A program made the translations under genes and the position numbers. Below the pieces are notes generated by a model. The model saw nothing but the letters and a program-made list of their open reading frames with translations, did not search any database and was not told the origin of the DNA. From an uncultured bacterium (GTDB lineage Bacteria > Hydrothermota > Hydrothermia > Hydrothermales > Hydrothermaceae), in assembly GCA_964623395.1 (NCBI GenBank), contig CAZUSI010000004.1, forward strand, positions 1-36,432: a stretch of DNA of 36,432 nt, read 5' to 3'. Below, one piece after another: positions 1 through 7,615 of the stretch (positions within the stretch are counted from its first letter, which is position 1; every line of letters begins with the position of its first letter).

Positions 1-1302
1 AAGATTTTTTCCTGGGCAAAGGGTATTTTTATTATAATCTTTATGCGTTTTTATTTCTTTTATCTTAAAAAATCTTTTTAAAATAAATATTAATTTTTTA
101 AGAGAATTTATTTCTTTTTTATTTGGTTTTTCTTCTTCAAAATTTCCTATTAGGGCAATTCCTATGCTTTTTTTATTTTTACTTTTTGTATGTGCCCCTT
201 CAAAATAAATATTTCTTCCAATAATTATTTTACCTTCTGGATCTATTAAAAAATGATACCCAATATCAGAAAAACCCTTTTTTATATGTTCCTTCTGTAT
301 TTTTTTAATTGTTTCAAATCCCTTATATTCTTTTATAGAAGGAAATGCTGTATGATGAATTATTATCCTTTCAGGAAAATGCAAATTCAAATCTTCAATT
401 TTAAATTTAAAAGGTTTCCATTCTTTTCTTGAAATGAATTTATCAATTCCAATTATCTTCTCTATCTTTTTTATTCCCTCAATTATTTCCTCTTCCTTAT
501 ATTTTTCATCTATTTCAAAAACAATATATATATTTTTTATTTCTTTAATTTCATCAAATGTTTTTTTAAAGTTTATTAGCCCTTTTCCAGGTGGTCTATG
601 TTCATCAAAACCTTTTATATCATGTATATGAATTCCAAGAAGTTTATTCTTAAAATTTTTTAAATATGATGGTTCTTTTATTACATTTTCTCTTACATAT
701 GCATGTGATAAATCATGCCAGTAAAATAAAAATTCAGAATCAAACTCTTTAAATATCTTTTCAAGTTCAAAAAAATCTGGAAATTCACCAGGATAAAATC
801 TTGTTTCAATTCCCATTTTAATATTTAATTTTTCAGAAATTTTTAAAATTTTTTCAAAATTCTTGAAAAATCTATAAAGATAAATTTTGCTTTTAGATTT
901 TCTTATTTTTAAAAATTCCCTTAAATCTTTTTCAAAGTTTCTCTTATTGAAAATTTCCTCTCCTATTTCTTTACATCCTCCTGGATGAAAAATAACATAA
1001 TTCATATTCTTACTTGATGCAAAAAATATTGAATTTTCAAGATATTTTGTTGATTTTTTAATTATCTCTTCATCATCACTAACAAAATCTATAAATCTTG
1101 AAGCACTTTTTGTTTTCTTAGAAATTAAAGCAGGGGAATGAATTCCGAGAAAGGGAATTTGATATTTATCAAAAACTTTTTTGTTATTTAAATAATCTTT
1201 TTCTGTATCACTAAAACCAACTTCTGCAAAAAATATATTTGTATTTTCAACAATTTTTTCAATTTTTTTATAATTACCACACATTGTTGAAATTCCTATC
1301 AT
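1..1302 (-). CDS. Partial (3' end outside window) fusion: AP_endonuc_2/sugar-phosphate-isomerase-type TIM barrel + C-terminal Amidase_2 (PGRP/T7-lysozyme-like) N-acetylmuramoyl-L-alanine amidase
   Basis: Not in the ORF track. Hand translation from ATG at 1302 (ATGA overlap with the lptD stop) is open for 434 codons to the window edge. TIM-barrel motifs IHSP, IFHPG, GIETR, WHDLSHA, HIHD, DEHRPPGKG, VFEI; amidase motifs FISRKEW, IIIHHTA, SDIGYHFLID, GAHT, SIGIALIGNF, THKD...TLCPG. Confidence 0.88.
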   Translation of the reverse strand, partial: MIGISTMCGNYKKIEKIVENTNIFFAEVGFSDTEKDYLNNKKVFDKYQIPFLGIHSPALISKKTKSASRFIDFVSDDEEIIKKSTKYLENSIFFASSKNMNYVIFHPGGCKEIGEEIFNKRNFEKDLREFLKIRKSKSKIYLYRFFKNFEKILKISEKLNIKMGIETRFYPGEFPDFFELEKIFKEFDSEFLFYWHDLSHAYVRENVIKEPSYLKNFKNKLLGIHIHDIKGFDEHRPPGKGLINFKKTFDEIKEIKNIYIVFEIDEKYKEEEIIEGIKKIEKIIGIDKFISRKEWKPFKFKIEDLNLHFPERIIIHHTAFPSIKEYKGFETIKKIQKEHIKKGFSDIGYHFLIDPEGKIIIGRNIYFEGAHTKSKNKKSIGIALIGNFEEEKPNKKEINSLKKLIFILKRFFKIKEIKTHKDYNKNTLCPGKNL

Positions 1303-3317
1303 TTTCCTGGCAAAATTGCTTCAAAAAGTCCCTTTTCTATCTTAACATCTGGCAATTTTGTAATCCATATTTTTAAATCATAATCCCATATCTTCCCTAT
1401 TTTGTACCAATTAAATCTTACTGAAAAGCAATGCAAATCTCTTGTCAAAGAGAGTCCCCTTTCCACAAAAATTTTCCTTTCTGTATCAAAACTTGCATTA
1501 AAATTAAATTTTAAATTCTTTGTTAATCCACCACCCATGTTTAAATTAAAAAATCCCTTTGCACCATTTATATTTTTATAAGTATATGTTAAATTCATAT
1601 CCCATGGCAAAACTTCTTCACCAATAATAAAATCTGATAAAAATTTAAGTGGAATTTTCCCTGATAAGTTCAATGTTAAATCTTTCCATTTTTTATTCTT
1701 TTTATAATAAATTAAAGAAAAATTTCCTGATAAAGGTAATGTTCTTAAAAAATCACCAATTAAATTTATATTACTGAAATCTTTTTTTATAATATCATAG
1801 GACCTATTTAGATTTAAAGATAAAAGATGAATCCTTTGATTTTTAATTTTACCTTCATAATCATTTATTAAATTAAAAAATAAGATACTTGTTCTTTTAC
1901 ATTCACCAAGTCCTAAAAATTCCTTTACAGGAGGATTTTTTATATAAGGGGAAAAACCATAACCCCCTGAAATTGTAATTGTATGTAAAAATTTTTCAAA
2001 AGGTGGTATTTTAAAAATTGAAATTCCATAAACCTTTGTTCCAAATGATAAATTTCCATTTAATTTTTTTAAAAAAGGAAAATCTTTTCCCTTTAAATCC
2101 TTATTTAAAATTCCTCCTTGGATGTTGATTCCAGTTGAAAAATTAATTATTTCAAAAATCATCCTATTCATTCCTATTCCTGATTCAATTTTTAATCCAC
2201 TTTTTTCCTCCTTTAAAATTGTATCCTTATATATTTCCCTTAAATATAAAATATTTAATGAACTCCTTAAAATTCCAAAATCCTTTTGAAAAATCCTAAA
2301 ATTTAAATTTGGCAATCTTAATATTTCTTTTTTATTTAAAAAATCTTTTCTATAACTTGAACTTATAAAAAAAGTTCCTATTTTAAATCTTCTTGATAAA
2401 GAAATATCACCTTCTGATTCGCTTTTTACCCTTTGTGCTCTTACATCAGAATATTCTAAAAAATACTTTTCATCAGATATAAAATCAGTTCTTGCATTTA
2501 AGGTGAAATTTAAAGGTAAATTTTGATAATGATTTTGAGTTAAGCTCCACCTTTTTATTTTTGTATCAATTTCCCTTGCATATGTGAATTTAAAATTGCC
2601 TGAAATTTTTTTATATAAAAGATAAATAAAATCAAAACCAAAAAGGGGTCCCTTTTTCTCATAAATATCAAGTGTTAATGTTAAATCCATGTAATTGTTT
2701 ATAACCCAATAATAGCTTAAATTTCTAATATAAAGTCCAAGATAGGAATTTCTTCCTGGTCTTGGTATTAAAAATCCTGATTTTCTTTCACGAGTTATTG
2801 GAAATATCCAAAAGGGTGCCCAAAAAACAGGTATTTCATTTATTTTCATTAAAACATCTGAAGCAATTACTGCATCATCTATTATTATTTTCATCCTTTT
2901 AGATGTAAAATAATAATGGGGTTTAGTAAGTTCACATGTGGTAAAAAAACCTGTATAACCTTTTAATATTTTTTTATCAGTTTTAAAAATTTTTTCCCCC
3001 CATACAAATCCCTTTTCAACTTTTGATTTCCCCTTATAAACATACCCTTTTTGTGTTTTTATATTAAATTTCATAATATCTCCTTTAAGGGTATCTTTTC
3101 CTGAAATAAGAATAGGATTTCCTTTTGCAATCAAAAGATTTTCATTTCTTAAAAATATGCAGGAATCTGAAAAAAGTTCTATATTTTTATATTTTATATA
3201 GGAATTTCCCTTTAAAACTATTTTCTCCTCTTCTAAATAATAAAAGATGGAATCACCCTTAAAATTTATTGTATCTTTAAACTCTGAGAAAATAAAAAAC
3301 AAAAAAAAATTTAGCAC
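1299..3317 (-). CDS. lptD: LPS-assembly outer-membrane protein LptD (OstA-like N-terminal jellyroll + beta-barrel)
   Basis: 672 aa, GTG start; FTTCELTKPHYYF, PVFWAPF, RKSGFLIP, GLYIRNLSYYW and C-terminal RDLHCF motifs typical of FCB-type LptD. Confidence 0.85.
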   Translation of the reverse strand: MLNFFLFFIFSEFKDTINFKGDSIFYYLEEEKIVLKGNSYIKYKNIELFSDSCIFLRNENLLIAKGNPILISGKDTLKGDIMKFNIKTQKGYVYKGKSKVEKGFVWGEKIFKTDKKILKGYTGFFTTCELTKPHYYFTSKRMKIIIDDAVIASDVLMKINEIPVFWAPFWIFPITRERKSGFLIPRPGRNSYLGLYIRNLSYYWVINNYMDLTLTLDIYEKKGPLFGFDFIYLLYKKISGNFKFTYAREIDTKIKRWSLTQNHYQNLPLNFTLNARTDFISDEKYFLEYSDVRAQRVKSESEGDISLSRRFKIGTFFISSSYRKDFLNKKEILRLPNLNFRIFQKDFGILRSSLNILYLREIYKDTILKEEKSGLKIESGIGMNRMIFEIINFSTGINIQGGILNKDLKGKDFPFLKKLNGNLSFGTKVYGISIFKIPPFEKFLHTITISGGYGFSPYIKNPPVKEFLGLGECKRTSILFFNLINDYEGKIKNQRIHLLSLNLNRSYDIIKKDFSNINLIGDFLRTLPLSGNFSLIYYKKNKKWKDLTLNLSGKIPLKFLSDFIIGEEVLPWDMNLTYTYKNINGAKGFFNLNMGGGLTKNLKFNFNASFDTERKIFVERGLSLTRDLHCFSVRFNWYKIGKIWDYDLKIWITKLPDVKIEKGLFEAILPGK

Positions 3318-4111
3318 AGAATTTTAAGAATTTTTATAATTGTTTCCCTTAAATTTCTTCTATCAACTACCTTATCAATCATTCCATGAGAAAATTGAAA
3401 TTCAGAACTTTGAAAGCCTTCAGGAAGTTTTTGACCTATTGTTTGTTCTATTACTCTTGGTCCTGTAAAACCAAGCAATGCATTTGGTTCTGCAATAAGA
3501 ATATCTCCAAGTGAAGCAAAGGAAGCCATAACACCTGCCATTGTTGGATTACATAAAACTACAATATAAGGAATTTTATTCTCATAAAGTTTTAATACAC
3601 TTTCACATGTTTTCACCATTTGCATAAGAGATATTATTCCTTCTTGCATTCTTGCTCCACCACCTGATGATGTTATTGCAATTAAAGGTATTTTTTCTTC
3701 ACATACCTTATCGGTTATTAATTTAAACTTTTCACCAACAACAGAACCCATGCTTCCTGCCATAAAGAAAAAATCCGTTATAAATACTCCCACTTTTATT
3801 CCATCAATCTTTCCTATTCCACATATTGCTGCATCCTTTAAACCAGTTTCCTTTTCAAGTTTTTTAACCTTTTCCTCATATTCAGGAAATTCAAGAGGGT
3901 TACTTGGTGCATATTCTGAAAATAATTCTTCTATTTTCCCTTCATCCATTAAAATTTCTATATAAGTTTTTGAATTTATTTTAAAATGAAAGGAACAAAA
4001 AGGGCATACCCATAAGTTTTTTTTAAGTTGAACAATATGTAATATTTCCCCACATTTTTCACATTTTCTCCATATTCCATCTGGTATTTCCTTTTTCTTT
4101 TTAAATAGCAT
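3311..4111 (-). CDS. accD: Acetyl-CoA carboxylase carboxyltransferase beta subunit
   Basis: N-terminal C4 zinc finger (CEKC...CPFC), FMAGSMGSVVGEK, GGARMQEG, GFTGPRVIEQTIGQKLPEGFQ. Confidence 0.96.
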   Translation of the reverse strand: MLFKKKKEIPDGIWRKCEKCGEILHIVQLKKNLWVCPFCSFHFKINSKTYIEILMDEGKIEELFSEYAPSNPLEFPEYEEKVKKLEKETGLKDAAICGIGKIDGIKVGVFITDFFFMAGSMGSVVGEKFKLITDKVCEEKIPLIAITSSGGGARMQEGIISLMQMVKTCESVLKLYENKIPYIVVLCNPTMAGVMASFASLGDILIAEPNALLGFTGPRVIEQTIGQKLPEGFQSSEFQFSHGMIDKVVDRRNLRETIIKILKILC

Positions 4112-5393
4112 TTCTTATTTTTTCCTTATATTCATTTGCAATCCTTTTAATTTTTTCCAAATCAATATTTTTTATTTCTCTATTTTCAACAACTATTTTT
4201 CCATTAACAATTACATGTTTTACTTGACTTGAATTTAAAGAATATACAAGAGCTGAATAGGGATTATAAAAAGGTGTTGTTGGTAAATCTGAAATATCAA
4301 CTATTATTATATCTGCTTTTTTACCTTCTTCAATTTCTCCAATTTCTTCAAAATTTAAACATTTAGAAGCATAAATTGTTGCCATCTTTAAAATTTCAAG
4401 AGCAGGAAGAAATTGTGGATTTAAATTTATTCCTTTATGAATTAAAGCAGTTATTCTCATTGCTTCAAATAAGTCAAGGTTATTGTTTGATGCTGCCCCA
4501 TCTGTCCCAATTGAAACCTTTATTTTTTTCTCAAGAAATTTTTTAATAGGTGCAATTCCTGAACCAAGTTTTAAATTGCTTTCAGGGTTATGGGAAATTG
4601 ATGAGTTTTTTTCCTTAAATATTTCAATATCTTCGTCATCAAACCATACCGAGTGGACTCCAAGAAATTTTTCAAATAAAATTCCATTTTTTTCAAGATA
4701 TTTAACAGGTGAAGTTCCAAAATTTTTTATACATTCCTCGTATTCATTTTTTGTTTCAGATAAATGCATATGAATTATCACATCATATTTTTCAGAAATT
4801 TCTTTACATTTTTTTAAAGTATTTAAAGAACATGTATATACAGAATGTGGTGCAATACCTGGATGAATTAAATCATGTTTTTTATAATCTTTTATAAAAT
4901 TTTCTGCAATTATAAGTGCCTCTTTTGAATTTTTAAAATAAGGGGTTTCAAAATCAAGAATACCTGGTGTTATAAATCCTCTTATTCCAATATCTTCACA
5001 TGCCCTTGCAATTTCTTCACAGAAAAAATACATATCACAAAAGGAAGTAGTTCCTGAAAGAAGCATTTCTGCAATTCCAAGACATGATGAATAATACACA
5101 AAATCTTTTGAAAGAAATTTTGATTCAATTGGCCATATATATTCTCTTAACCATTTTTCAAGAGGAAGGTCATCAGCAATTCCCCTTAAAAATGTCATTG
5201 GAATATGTGTATGGGTATTAATTAGACCTGGCATTATTATAGAATTACTTGCATCTATTTTTATTTTATAATCCCTTTTTTTATATTCTCCTTCTCCAAT
5301 TTCCTTAATTCTATCCTTTTCAATTAATATATATCCCTTTTCAATATAAGGAGAAGTAATTTTTAAAATTATTCCACCTTGAATTAATATCAT
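4101..5393 (-). CDS. mtaD: Amidohydrolase, 5-methylthioadenosine/S-adenosylhomocysteine deaminase family
   Basis: PGLINTHTH, RGIADDLPL, WPIE, APHSVYT, HMHLSE, HNPESNLKL, GTDGAASNNNLD motifs. Confidence 0.85.
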   Translation of the reverse strand: MILIQGGIILKITSPYIEKGYILIEKDRIKEIGEGEYKKRDYKIKIDASNSIIMPGLINTHTHIPMTFLRGIADDLPLEKWLREYIWPIESKFLSKDFVYYSSCLGIAEMLLSGTTSFCDMYFFCEEIARACEDIGIRGFITPGILDFETPYFKNSKEALIIAENFIKDYKKHDLIHPGIAPHSVYTCSLNTLKKCKEISEKYDVIIHMHLSETKNEYEECIKNFGTSPVKYLEKNGILFEKFLGVHSVWFDDEDIEIFKEKNSSISHNPESNLKLGSGIAPIKKFLEKKIKVSIGTDGAASNNNLDLFEAMRITALIHKGINLNPQFLPALEILKMATIYASKCLNFEEIGEIEEGKKADIIIVDISDLPTTPFYNPYSALVYSLNSSQVKHVIVNGKIVVENREIKNIDLEKIKRIANEYKEKIRNAI

Positions 5394-5404
5394 TTTAAAA
5401 ATTT

Positions 5405-5476
5405 AGGCGGCGCCCGGAATTGAACCGAGGTACGCGGTTTTGCAAACCGCTGCCTGAACCACTCGGCCACGCCGCC
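5405..5476 (-). tRNA. tRNA-Cys (GCA), CCA not encoded
   Basis: Reverse complement GGCGGCGTGGCCGAGTGGTTCAGGCAGCGGTTTGCAAAACCGCGTACCTCGGTTCAATTCCGGGCGCCGCCT folds as a cloverleaf; anticodon GCA, T-loop GGTTCAATTCC, U73 discriminator followed by AAA. Confidence 0.96.
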
Positions 5477-5490
5477 TTTTTAAGTTTAAA

Positions 5491-5520
5491 ATTTTAATGT
5501 TTCTCTTGATTTTTTTTCAA
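5491..5520 (-). promoter_or_regulatory. Putative sigma70 promoter for the tRNA-Cys-mtaD-accD-lptD unit
   Basis: On the minus strand TTGAAA (5520-5515), 18-nt spacer, TAAAAT (5496-5491), about 15 nt before the tRNA 5' end. AT-rich background lowers specificity. Confidence 0.55.
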
Positions 5521-5540
5521 ATTTAACTTTAAAATATAAT
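5506..5540 (+). promoter_or_regulatory. Putative sigma70 promoter, leaderless or short-leader type
   Basis: TTGATT (5506-11), 18-nt spacer, TAAAAT (5530-35), with an overlapping TATAAT (5535-40) 6 nt before ATG 5547; no Shine-Dalgarno. Confidence 0.55.
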
Positions 5541-5546
5541 TTTATT

Positions 5547-7031
5547 ATGAAAAAAATACTTATTGTTGATGATGACGAAAATATAAGGCTTATTTTTAAA
5601 AAAGTTCTTGAGAATTCAGGTTATGAGGTTCAAACTGCCTCAAATGGAAAAGTTGCTCTTAATATTCTTGAAAATGAAAAATTTGATGTTTTTATAATTG
5701 ATTTGAAGATGCCTGAGATAGATGGAATAGCACTTTTAGAGGAGATAAAGAAAAGGAATTATGAGGGAATTCCCATAATTTTGACTGCTTATGGAGATAA
5801 AGAGAGTGCAATTTCTGCTTTAAAACTTGGTGCCTATGATTTTCTTGAAAAACCGGTGAGTATTAATGATTTAAAGTTTGCAATTCAAAGGGCTATTGAG
5901 AAAAAAGAATTAATTGAGGAAAATGCAAGGTTAAGGGAAACGGAAAAAATAAATAGAATTATAAATAAGATTTTTAATTTTTTTAATGAAGAAGATTTTT
6001 TAAAGAATTTTCCAAAAATAATTGTTGAAGAACTTTCTCTTGAAAGTTCAATGATTTATATATATAAACCAGAAGAAAAAATTTATTTTTATCCAAGATT
6101 CATTCCAGAAATAGAAAAATTTTTTGAAGAAATTAAAAGGGAAGATTTTGTAATAAAAGATGTTTATATTTTTCAAAAAGTTTTGCCATCAGAAGAAATT
6201 GAAGGTATTTTTGCCATTAAATCATTTTTTCCTTTTATAGAAAGGGAGATTGAAACATTTCGTTTAATAGCAAAACAAGGAGAAATGTTTTGGAAGCATT
6301 TAATTTTAAAGGAGAAATTAAAGGAGAGTTTAGATAAATTAAAAACTTATCATCTTGCTACTCTTGAAACTGGAAAGAATTTAATGATTGCTCAAATAAT
6401 TAATGCATTGATAAAGAGTTTAGAGGAACCTTTAAAAAATTTAGAAATTTCCTTTTCATATTTTAAAAATCTTGAAAAAATTAAAGATTTAAAAGAAACA
6501 AAGGAAATTTTAAATGCAATTTTTGATATTGATAAAATATTTCAAAATATTAAAGGAATTTTGGGGAATTTTAAGCCGGTAAGAAAAAAAGTGAAATTGG
6601 GTGAAATAATAAATTTATGTTATGAAATTTTGCTTCCGAATTTTAAAGAATCAAATATTAGTTTTTGGAGAGAAGGTATTCCTGATGTTGAAATAGAAGG
6701 TTATCCCTCTTTACTGGAGCAAATATTTATAAATTTATTTTTAAACTCCATTAATTTCATGAAAGAGGGCGGAAAAATAATTGTTAGATTAAATGAAGAA
6801 GAGAATTTTGTAAAGATAGAAGTGAGTGACACAGGTCTTGGTATACCTAATGAGTTAAAAGATAAAATTTTTGAGCCATTTTTCACGACAAGAAAAGGAA
6901 ATCTTGGTATAGGTCTTTTCCTTGTAAAACACGCAGTTAAAATGCATGGTGGTGAAATCTATTTTGAGAGTGAAGAAGGAGTTGGAACAACCTTTTATAT
7001 AAATTTACCTAAAAAATGGGAAGGATTTTAG
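5547..7031 (+). CDS. Hybrid receiver domain + degenerate HisKA + HATPase_c protein (histidine-kinase-like, H-box His absent)
   Basis: REC: ILIVDDD, IIDLKMP, LTAYG, FLEKP. HATPase: QIFINLFLNS, DTGLGIP, IFEPFFTT, GIGL, GGEIYFESEEGVGTTF. H-box position reads NALIKSLEEPL. Confidence 0.85.
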   Translation: MKKILIVDDDENIRLIFKKVLENSGYEVQTASNGKVALNILENEKFDVFIIDLKMPEIDGIALLEEIKKRNYEGIPIILTAYGDKESAISALKLGAYDFLEKPVSINDLKFAIQRAIEKKELIEENARLRETEKINRIINKIFNFFNEEDFLKNFPKIIVEELSLESSMIYIYKPEEKIYFYPRFIPEIEKFFEEIKREDFVIKDVYIFQKVLPSEEIEGIFAIKSFFPFIEREIETFRLIAKQGEMFWKHLILKEKLKESLDKLKTYHLATLETGKNLMIAQIINALIKSLEEPLKNLEISFSYFKNLEKIKDLKETKEILNAIFDIDKIFQNIKGILGNFKPVRKKVKLGEIINLCYEILLPNFKESNISFWREGIPDVEIEGYPSLLEQIFINLFLNSINFMKEGGKIIVRLNEEENFVKIEVSDTGLGIPNELKDKIFEPFFTTRKGNLGIGLFLVKHAVKMHGGEIYFESEEGVGTTFYINLPKKWEGF

Positions 7032-7615
7032 AATTAATTTTTACTTTGTTTATTCTTATTTTAACTTTTCCTTTATGGATTGCAATAGGAATTTTAATAA
7101 AATTGGAAAGTAAAGGTCCTATTTTTTTTACTCAGGAAAGAATTGGGAAGGATTTAAAAATTTTTAAGATTTATAAATTTAGAACGATGTACATTGACCA
7201 GGAAGAAAGGTTGAATAAATATTTAGAGAAAAATAGTTTTGCAAAAAGGGAATGGGAAACATTTAGAAAATTAAAAAGTTTTGACCCAAGGATAACTAAA
7301 ATAGGGAAAATATTGAGAAAATTCAGTCTTGATGAATTGCCTCAAATTTTAAATGTTATAAAAGGGGAAATGGGGATTGTTGGACCAAGACCCTATTTAA
7401 AGGAAGAGATTTGTGATATTCCTGAAGAATATTATGATATATTTAAGGTGAAACCTGGAATTACAGGTCCATGGCAAACAAGTGGAAGAAATAAGATAAA
7501 GTTTAGTGAAAGGATAAAAATTGAAAGAAATTATGTAACAAACAGAAATTTTTTAAAGGATTTTAGTTATCTTTTTAAAACAATAAATTCAATAGTAAAT
7601 GGAGATGGAATATGA
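7016..7615 (+). CDS. Small sugar transferase (Bac_transf; monotopic polyprenyl-phosphate phosphoglycosyltransferase)
   Basis: SKGPIFFTQERIG, YKFRTM, DPRITKIG, SLDELPQ, VGPRP, KPGITG motifs and an N-terminal hydrophobic segment. Confidence 0.93.
   Translation: MGRILELIFTLFILILTFPLWIAIGILIKLESKGPIFFTQERIGKDLKIFKIYKFRTMYIDQEERLNKYLEKNSFAKREWETFRKLKSFDPRITKIGKILRKFSLDELPQILNVIKGEMGIVGPRPYLKEEICDIPEEYYDIFKVKPGITGPWQTSGRNKIKFSERIKIERNYVTNRNFLKDFSYLFKTINSIVNGDGI

Noticed and set aside
434..4897. Short plus-strand ORFs (434-631, 3750-3965, 4483-4773, 4709-4897)
   Set aside because: Antisense shadows of well-supported minus-strand genes; Ser/Phe/Ile-rich composition expected from reverse-complemented Lys/Glu codons.
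5405..5476. tRNA as a possible integration site for an island
   Set aside because: No integrase, no duplicated tRNA 3' end seen, and flanking genes are housekeeping with uniform composition.
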